A DNA stretch of 64,000 nt. Source: Magallana gigas (lineage: Eukaryota). The notes under the pieces were generated by a model. That model saw only the letters and a list, made by a program, of their open reading frames with translations. It was not told the origin of the DNA and ran no database searches. This document shows, piece after piece, positions 12,201 through 19,086 of this stretch. The translations under genes and the position numbers were made by a program. Where the stretch lies: contig NC_088860.1 in NCBI RefSeq assembly GCF_963853765.1, positions 37,076,001 to 37,140,000 on the forward strand. The letters are read 5' to 3'. Positions within the stretch are counted from its first letter, which is position 1; each line of letters starts with the position of its first letter.

Positions 12201-15200
12201 ATTGCTTTTTTATCTTTTGAAAACATTTCTTTAATTCACAAATGATTAAGATGGCCGCACACCCCATTAATAGAAATAGCAGTTGAGCATTGTTATTTCA
12301 AATCATTTCCATGCATTTAATCTGCTGGAATCTAATAAGTTTTAACAAATTTGATAATCTAATTGCACAAATAGCATGCCAGTGAATGGAGCGAAAATTG
12401 AACTTACTATGTATATACGGACAGGATAAAGCTTACCGGTTTCCTTTGGATTTTTTTTAAGGTCTTAGTGACTGTATTTTTCCCTTTCTTGCTGTTTACG
12501 CCCTTTTTGAATGTCGATGCGATGGGGGAGAAGAAAGTCAGGACTTTCCAGAAAATCCTAACGTTTTACACTGCTCCGATTACAAAGTTTACCCATTACT
12601 CGGTAATTCAAACACTGGAATCCTGCTAGTTGATTTTTTTTCAAACATTGTATTTCCCATATTATGGTAATAAAATTTTTTACAGTATTTGATTTTTTTT
12701 TACAGATCCTGTACATTTTCTTTGTGGCTCTATTTACCTACTTTCTATTAGTGGACTACCAACCAAACGAAATCACCACAATCGAGAGAATCTGCATATT
12801 TTGGATTTTTACATTCATTGTAGATGAAATTTACACAGTAAGTTTTCATCAAACTCCTGCAATATCGATATGTATGCAGATATTTGCAAATATTAGTTGC
12901 TAACAATTTATAATTATATACATTTAGTCATCATTTTTTCTTCAAATGTTTTTTTATGAATCTTAAGTTCGAATTCTATTGTTAGATTATTGAGTTAATT
13001 TTTTTTATAGCTACTGACTTTTCCATCCCCGACTTTTGGTGGAAAGATAAGAGACTGGTACGGAATGTTAAAATGTATAGACTTGTTCAATCTATTGTTC
13101 GCGTTATTAGCATTTGTGATTCAGGTCATTACAATGCATACGAACGAGAATGCGATTAATGTCAGGATTGTATTCTCAATCAACTGTATAATTTTCTACA
13201 TACGAATAATGAAGCTGTACACAGCAAACAGCAGTCTTGGACCCAAGCTTGAGATGATCAAAATGATGGTGAGTCAGAGTTTGCAATGCTTTGATAAATT
13301 TTCAAAGTTTCCAAATAATAAGGCAGAATGGTTTTTTTTTCTTTCAGTTCCTATTTAAATATGTTATATTTTGTCTATATTTGTATTCATATTTTAAAAT
13401 GATACATGTATACATTAGTAGACAAATGTTCCTTTTTTAAAAAAAAATCCAAAACCTAACTATTGTTGCCTCTCTTTTGTTTTTGAATAGTCGAATTATG
13501 ATATATGCTGATTTGTACGCGATTGTGACATCCGATATACCATAAGACCATCGCCACTGTGGCCAAATTTTAAAATGATGTTCGATGACCCATGTAGGCC
13601 ACCATGGGTTTATCTTGTAATTTTATGGCTTAACATTTGAAAAAAAATGTAAAGAACATATCCTTCAAAACAAGCCTAAAATAATATCAAACTTGTCTGC
13701 TTTTTCATAATAATAAATTATGCTGAAAAAACGTGACTATCTTAAAGTTTGACACAAATGCCTACTTTAAGAAACTATTCCAGAGAAGTGCTATTACAAT
13801 AGCTTTCATTCTAACTATACACCATTAAAAATAGAATTACACTCTGAAGACTATACCTATTTCATGTTGCATTACTATCAATTACCTCCACGATATAAAG
13901 TTATTTTTTACAGTTACTGTCATGTCAAATGAAACCAATATGAACTTGCGACAAGTGAAATTGAGTCGATTAAAATATACAACACTGAATAATATGTTAT
14001 GTATTTTTCCAGTTTGCCGAACTTACGACTTTTCTCTTAGTGGTAATTGTCTTTCTCGCGGCTTACGGAGTGTCCAGGCACTCGCTTCTCTATGGGCGAA
14101 CAGAAGCATCATGGAAAATCTTCACAGACATTTTATTTCATCCCTACTGGCAGCTGTATGGAGAACTTGATTTTGATAATTCAATGAAAAGTAATGTATT
14201 TCAGTTAATGAAATTGCCAAAAAAAATATTTAAAACTAGATATTTATTTTTAAAAAGTTTATCATTTTAAACAAATGCATTTAAATGCAATTGTCAATAG
14301 TAAGAGTCTACAAGCACTTAATACTGAGCTAAAAACTTATGCACACAAAGGAATGAAACTTTATAATTCAAACATTTTATTTCATAATACAATTTCTAGA
14401 TATAAAAATATTAAAACAAACATCATATGGTACTCTGCAACACATTTCCTATTACCCACCTGATCCTATTTATTAAATAAAAATAAAAACATACTTAACT
14501 GATCAATTAAAACCAAGATTTTATATGTAAAATCCGGCTTAATTTAACATATGCGTGAATGAACTTTAAATGGTGGATAAAACAGTACAAATGCTCTAAA
14601 ATAATAATTAGAACATGTTCAGGTATGTTTTCTTTTTGTGTTTTTCTTATCATATATATTCAAATGTAGAATTCTATGATTGCAAAAATAATAACCATAA
14701 TTCAGTACTAGAGTTGGCAAAATGTTTTAGTTTGACCTTTATTGTGCGTTGTTTCAAGTATTTTTACTTCAATGGTTTAATACTTAAACTTTATCCAATT
14801 ATTAATTAAGATTAGTTTTTCCTTTTGTTCCTTAGCGGCGGACAACGCTGGAAGTCCAAATTTAACTCCGACGACTACTTCATCGATATCGGACACTAGG
14901 TGTCCTTGTTGGATTTCATCATTACAGATGAACTTGACGAATTCATCGCAATCGGAACAGGGCTGCCCTTGTTGGTATTCTTCAGTACAGAATAGGTTGA
15001 CCAGTTCATCGCTATCGGACATCGGATGTCTTTGTTGGAATTCATCAATACAGATAAACTTCAACAATTTGTCGATATTTGACATTAACTGTCCGCGCTG
15101 GAATTCCTCAGTACGGATGAACTTGATCAATTCATCGATAACGGACATTGAATGTCTTTGTTGTAATGCCCTACCTCAGAATAACACAGCGATTCCGCAA

Positions 15201-18200
15201 ATATTAAACGTGGAGAATCTAAATATCGTATTGGTATATATTCTGTGTGCAGGATATCTCATTATCGGCACTATCCTGTTGTTCAATCTTCTCATTGCCA
15301 TATTCAAGTAAGGCGCGTTTACTTAGTCACTATATTTAAATTGTTATGCTTTCAATTTAAACACTGAAATCTGATTGGTTTAGACGCTGTTTATAATTTG
15401 TTCTATTATCATCAGCGTTAGCAAAACACTTTGCAACGGGTAACACAACAAATCATTATTGCGCGTAGATATGTGCATTCGTGTCATTATTAAAACTTTA
15501 TGAAACAGATTCGTATCAACAAGAAAAACACATCCATTTGTTTTAATGAGAAACAATGTTTTTACAAGATTTTTTCTTATTAAAATCGTGTTTTTCACAA
15601 CGATTCATAAGCAAGTTTATTATACCCGTATGGATGTTTCTCGTTGGTACGGATGTTTTACGTGATGTGGTCTTTAATGTGAAGGAAAATGTTAAATTTT
15701 TGATTTTTTTTTTCAAAACGTTCATTGGAAGTAAATGTAAACATAGCGGTAAAGAAGTTACTAATCCAGTAAGTGTATATACTAGGTCCTTTTACAACTC
15801 ATTTCTTTGGAGATGATAATATCATTGGTGTAAGATATGCAAATTAAAAAAAAAAAATCAAATTAAAGTTGTGTCGATACTGATATGTATCCCTACAGCA
15901 GGAAAACAGGATCAGATTGAAAAATACCGTCAGTTATTCATTAAGAAAAATAACCCCTGCGCTGTTCACAGGTTCCTGACGTTATAAATGTTTATAGAAT
16001 ACAAATTTATCTATTATTGTATCAACTGCATGGCTTTTTACATTTAGCATTTATCTGTCAAGTACATTTGACAATTTTATTTTTTGTGGACTCAATAAAA
16101 AAGGATTATTCACAAAGAACTCTGAAAATATCATCGTCCCTCAATTGTTTGCTACATGTACGAACGTGAAATTATTTAAGCCTTTTTTGCTGCTGTTAAT
16201 CTGTAAATCTTTAATTTGATTTCATTCAGCCACATCTTTACTAAAGTGGAAGAAAAATCCAACGAAATCTGGAAGTTCCAAATGTACTTCTTAACCATGG
16301 AGTTTGACAATAAGACTGCCTTGATTCCCCCATTGAGTATCATCCATCATTTGTACCTGTTTTTCAAACTGATAGCAAGAAAAACTTGCTGTGAGAAAAG
16401 TTCTAAAGGTAAATGTTGAAAAAGGTCATGTGAAATGGTCCTAAAGGTACATGTCGCTCAAAGTAAACCATGAGTAGACGCAAAGTTTTAAAAAGCAGAC
16501 CCCGAGTAAACCCCAAGTAAAACCCGGAAGTAAATTTTGGGTTTACCTGGAATCTGCTCTAGTTTTAGGTTGCGTCTGACCGGTAAGTGTAGGTGAGCGA
16601 CATGGTCCATTGCTATCTTGTCGCTTTTCTTTGCAGGAGTTCAGTTTACTGAGCGACATCTGGAATATTTACAACTTTTTGAGACGGAGGAAATGGCCAA
16701 CTATCTGCGGCATAAAAAATCAGAACACAAGGATTCGGCTGAGTCCAAACTTCAGAAAAGGTAGCATTAAAGCTCGAATCACGTTGTGCAGAGGCCACAT
16801 GGCTGTTTAGTAAAAACCATAGTTTGCATTTTATACGAAGTTATTGTTCAACATGTGATTTTGATTTCTCTAAAATGAAAATTAAAAACGCACAAAATAC
16901 ACAAGTATATCAACAAAAGATGACTAAAAAATTCTCAATGTTTAAAATGAACAGGGTTGAGGAACTCTTTAATCTTGTGGAGGAAGAGTTTACGGCTGAT
17001 CAGGAAGATGCCCTCACACTTCTCAACACAAAGACAGCAAACTTAACGAGAGAGAACACATCTGAGCGTATAACGTTAAAGTCTAATAGATGGCCCAAAC
17101 CAAAGGCTGTCATAGAGTTTGCCAAGAAGCTAGAAGAGAAGGAAGCCATGGAGGTGGCAACAGAGGTCTCAAGTTGTTCATTGTCTTAATTTTAACTGTT
17201 ACATATTACAAGCAGTATTTATTAATTTGTGACGAAAAGTACCAATCATTCTAAAACGTAGATGTTGGTCATATATAACATAATCTATTGCCGAACTTGT
17301 GAAAAACGATGCATCATGTGAGAAATCTATCTTTTTACGATAAAATACTTCTTCTGCTTTAATTCAAAAACGCCATTGATTGGATTTATGTCTTACTTTC
17401 ATATCGTAAAGTTTATGGAAGAAAATCATTGTTGCAGTATAGATGTGCTGAGAGAGAATATGTTTTGACATTGAATTAAGATTATCTCAAAATATTATTT
17501 AAACATATTTTTTTTTACAAACAATTATGCAGTTAACACACGCCCTGTTACTGTCTATGCTCGGATGTAAATATTAATCAAGTAAATCATACTTTAATCA
17601 CATCTAAATGCAAGATAAGATAATTGCAAATCTAAATAAAATGATTCACATGAACATGTTGATAGCATTTACAAGCTTACACAGATCAAATGTTACAAAT
17701 GTATAGGTTAACTTTATATGATGATTCAATTAAAAGCTTGTTCATTATATGATTTGTCTTGTTCATATAGACCCTGAAGGATGAAGAAAAAATTAAGAGA
17801 GCGGGGACAAAGAAGGACAGAAAATATAAGAGAAAATTGAAAGAAGTGAAAATTTATATAACAGACCAAGAAAATGAAGCAGAACCTATAATTGAACCAG
17901 ACATCGAAGCTCGGATCCATCTTCCTGGGCCCACCGGGATAACTCCGCCTCTAAGACATTCAAGAAATCTGTCTCCATGGGCAATCAACCGCAAACCGGA
18001 TAACAGAACTCTTTACACACATCGGCGTGTGTCATTACAACATCATTCGTCTGACAGTGAGGACAACGAACAAGTAAAATATCCGGTGCAGTATAAAACT
18101 CTGGGTATTCCAGAGGAAACCAGTTCAGAATCATCACCGTGTGGTTCCGATACAGGCGTTCCCAGGATAACGAGGAGACGGTTATCACTGAGGCGGACGG

Positions 18201-18286
18201 AGAGTAGTACGGAAGACGAGCTACGATCTAGAGCTAAACTTTTTCAAAGATTTCGTCGAAATCGACAGCTATCGGATTCAGATTAA
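23..18286 (+). CDS. TRPM: TRPM-family cation channel, paralogue A (5'-partial; 20 coding exons in window; subfamily unresolved, no C-terminal enzyme domain)
   Basis: 20 GT-AG exons join in frame (3831 nt incl. stop). Motifs: NAWMITTG, IGIGPWG, LNPNHTHFVFVDDG, LEGG, GTGRAADILA, LALTWNRADIA, FYTAPITKF, LGPKLEMIKMM, PYWQLYGEL, NLLIAIFN, WKFQ. Every exon has a same-phase counterpart in paralogue B. Confidence 0.95.
593..767 (+). CDS. Paralogue A exon 7, SLOG/MHR1-2
   Basis: ttag|GGC...CAAG|gtataa; GCFPVHF...LNPNHTHFVFVDDG...; 175 nt as in B. Confidence 0.93.
840..1000. other. Assembly gap (N run) in intron 7 of paralogue A
   Basis: N run; B shows no exon missing between exons 7 and 8. Confidence 0.99.
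1024..1189 (+). CDS. Paralogue A exon 8, SLOG/MHR2
   Basis: gacag|CT...AG|gtaagc; AGGLGIPVVLVILEGG...GTGRAADILAYAY. Confidence 0.93.
1360..2400. repeat. Degenerate (ATGCT/ATGGT) pentanucleotide-rich repeat interrupted by a TIR element
   Basis: atgctatggtatg-type motifs recur at about 1360-1730 and resume at about 2313-2400. Confidence 0.6.
1731..2308. mobile_element. Non-autonomous TIR element (Kolobok-like AGG...CCT termini)
   Basis: Left aggactatgtgcggt...gccccc is the imperfect inverse of right gggggc...accgcacttagtcct; flanks tgaa/ttca are not a clean TTAA TSD; no ORF. Confidence 0.65.
2435..2582 (+). CDS. Paralogue A exon 9
   Basis: ttag|C AAA...TTG|gtacat; KLRDKINEAYGGRW...; 148 nt as in B. 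Confidence 0.9.
2810..2876 (+). CDS. Paralogue A exon 10
   Basis: acag|ATT...T|gtgagt; INIFPMNKHEDLDIAILTALLN; 67 nt as in B. Confidence 0.92.
4506..4625 (+). CDS. Paralogue A exon 11, MHR3
   Basis: ttag|CT...A|gtatgg; NQLQLALTWNRADIAQEEIF; 120 nt as in B. Confidence 0.92.
4727..4857 (+). CDS. Paralogue A exon 12, MHR3
   Basis: ttag|GA...AAG|gtcagt; SLDDILMEAIIEEKVEFV...LQQLYQK; 131 nt as in B. Confidence 0.92.
5019..6348. mobile_element. Non-autonomous Kolobok-like element with TTAA TSD
   Basis: ttaa|ggtaatggtccatac ... gtatggataattacc|ttaa; 15-bp TIR with 2 mismatches; GG/CC termini; no transposase ORF. Confidence 0.65.
6850..7425 (+). mobile_element. Helentron-associated (HINE/DINE-1-like) non-autonomous element
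   Basis: T-run, subterminal IR agccgggctct / agagcccggct (7393-7403), 5' hairpin ctctgctgaaagcagag, internal (GA)n at about 7301-7351, short 3' stem-loop then T-rich. Confidence 0.65.
7529..7925. mobile_element. MITE with 31-bp TIRs
   Basis: agctgaacaccactcgtaaataggcactgtc (7529-7559) inverted at 7895-7925 with 3 mismatches. Confidence 0.7.
7971..8227 (+). CDS. Paralogue A exon 13, MHR3/4
   Basis: tcag|TCA...AG|gtagag; ...LFKHPYKQLMVWSILMLR; 12 nt longer than B. Confidence 0.92.
8808..8951 (+). CDS. Paralogue A exon 14, MHR4
   Basis: tcag|A CAA...GA|gtaagt; QKMAKFAWQMGSEPITSAVAAARIY; 144 nt as in B. Confidence 0.93.
8978..9420. mobile_element. MITE-like element
   Basis: aatctgattaaaatcagatcc (8984-9004) inverted at 9389-9409 with 1 mismatch; exact ends uncertain. 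Confidence 0.5.
10198..10339 (+). CDS. Paralogue A exon 15, MHR4
   Basis: acag|T GAG...ATG|gtgcgt; EFEHLARSVIDECH...WSEMTSLQIAA; 142 nt as in B. Confidence 0.93.
10726..10800 (+). CDS. Paralogue A exon 16, MHR4/pre-S1 (absent from ORF track)
   Basis: taaag|GTT...CAG|gtaatc; VYLSSVACRNSIDATWRRGILSRWQ; island of near-identity with 42439-42516; aligns to the TRPM FVAH..CQ..L...W.G region. Confidence 0.85.
12462..12602 (+). CDS. Paralogue A exon 17, pre-S1
   Basis: taag|GTC...TCG|gtaatt; VLVTVFFPF...FYTAPITKFTHYS; 141 nt as in B. Confidence 0.92.
12706..12837 (+). CDS. Paralogue A exon 18, S1-S2
   Basis: acag|ATC...ACA|gtaagt; ILYIFFVALFTYFLLVD...FIVDEIYT. Confidence 0.93.
13011..13268 (+). 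CDS. Paralogue A exon 19, S3-S4 and S4-S5 linker
   Basis: atag|CTA...ATG|gtgagt; ...RIVFSINCIIFYIRIMKLY...LGPKLEMIKMM; 258 nt as in B. Confidence 0.94.
14013..14190 (+). CDS. Paralogue A exon 20, S5, pore helix, selectivity filter
   Basis: ccag|TTT...A|gtaatg; ...AYGVSRHSLLY...ILFHPYWQLYGEL; 178 nt as in B. Confidence 0.94.
14836..15307 (+). CDS. Paralogue A exon 21, outer pore loop with five 21-aa repeats, plus S6
   Basis: ttag|CG...AA|gtaagg; open 472 nt with the same phases as the 217-nt B exon; ends YLIIGTILLFNLLIAIF. Confidence 0.9.
14880..15194 (+). repeat. Coding 63-bp tandem repeat, 5 units (last degenerate)
   Basis: Units start at 14880, 14943, 15006, 15069, 15132; units 1 and 3 differ at about 12 of 63 nt by hand count. 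Confidence 0.92.
15333..15460 (+). mobile_element. Diverged fragment related to the hairpin element at 56571-56943
   Basis: ttgttatgctttca...actgaaatctgattggtttagacgc...cagcgttagca...gcaacgggtaaca matches that element's 5' end. Confidence 0.55.
16230..16408 (+). CDS. Paralogue A exon 22, TRP helix
   Basis: tcag|C CAC...G|gtaaat; HIFTKVEEKSNEIWKFQMYFLTMEF...LIPPLSII; 179 nt as in B. Confidence 0.94.
16637..16760 (+). CDS. Paralogue A exon 23, rib helix
   Basis: gcag|GA...AG|gtagca; HLEYLQLFETEEMANYLR; 124 nt as in B. Confidence 0.9.
16955..17165 (+). CDS. Paralogue A exon 24, coiled-coil and start of tail
   Basis: acag|G GTT...GAG|gtctca; VEELFNLVEEEF...; 211 nt as in B; weak donor placed by paralogy. 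Confidence 0.8.
17771..18286 (+). CDS. Paralogue A exon 25, terminal Ser/Arg-rich tail
   Basis: atag|ACC...TAA; ends RNRQLSDSD*; collinear with 52534-53061. Confidence 0.88.
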   Translation, partial: TLKDEEKIKRAGTKKDRKYKRKLKEVKIYITDQENEAEPIIEPDIEARIHLPGPTGITPPLRHSRNLSPWAINRKPDNRTLYTHRRVSLQHHSSDSEDNEQVKYPVQYKTLGIPEETSSESSPCGSDTGVPRITRRRLSLRRTESSTEDELRSRAKLFQRFRRNRQLSDSD

Positions 18287-19080
18287 TTTTCAAATTAATA
18301 GCTAGATTACAACAGCAATTGACGAGTCATTTGAAAATTTAATCTATTTATCAAAGATTGAAAATAAAAAAAACATGTTGAGCAATTTGAATAAGAGCGA
18401 GAGCTTTAATTTCGTTGATTTAATAGTATGCTAATTGATAAACCAAAAGCTGAACAATTCATCAATAGTTCGTCCCATATTACCATTCCGTGACGTTTTG
18501 ATTATTTTTTAGCAAAACTACACACACCTATTAAAGAATATTCAAAACAAAACTGGGGTTTTTTTCTTAAAGTAAAAATTATTGTTTCAACACTGATGTA
18601 ATTTTCAAAATCGTCTATACAAACACAATGTACTGCATGATAATCTCTATACTGAGGAAAATAGCATTAGCCAGTGAAATAAATAATGTTTTCGATATAA
18701 ATATTCATTCAAAATGTCCCATATGTTTTTCAGCATATTTTATAGTACGTTACTGACATTCTTACTACTTTCCCTCATCAGGTTCGACATGTATATATCT
18801 ACAACATGTTTAAATCTACAAATTTTGGGGCTGTGTGTGTGTGGGGGGGGGGAGGCGATTGGTCCCTAAATCGATACAATGTTTTAAGAAAATTATACTC
18901 AATAATGTCTGCACTTAAATCATTTGTCAAGCTCACAGTTTTTAAAGTTACTTTCAACAGGATGACTTAACAATAGCTCTATTTTCTAGTCTTGACTTTT
19001 ATTAAATGCATATATATAATTTTTTATCAGTTTTTACATTTTACAAGGTCTTTTACAATATTTATCTTTTGAATCCGCCC

Positions 19081-19086
19081 AATAAA
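19081..19086 (+). terminator. Candidate polyadenylation signal of paralogue A
   Basis: AATAAA in ccgcccAATAAAcatatg, context conserved with 54318-54323; many other AATAAA nearby. Confidence 0.3.

Noticed and set aside
10340-12461. Apparent missing MHR4/pre-S1 segment suggesting a pseudogene
   Set aside because: Resolved by the 75-nt exon 10726-10800 and its 78-nt counterpart; both genes are fully in frame.
14777-15148. 123-aa antisense ORF with a protein-like 21-aa repeat (MSDIDELVKFIC.DEFQQGH-like); similar antisense ORF at 49308-49553
   Set aside because: In this antisense frame the third codon positions coincide with sense third positions, so conservation is a shadow of the TRPM exon. 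Few Tyr/His/Gln codons on the sense strand explain the lack of stops.
14880-15194. 63-bp and 22-bp periodic repeats as a possible CRISPR-like array
   Set aside because: No unique spacers and no cas genes; eukaryotic context, and the 63-bp repeat is coding.
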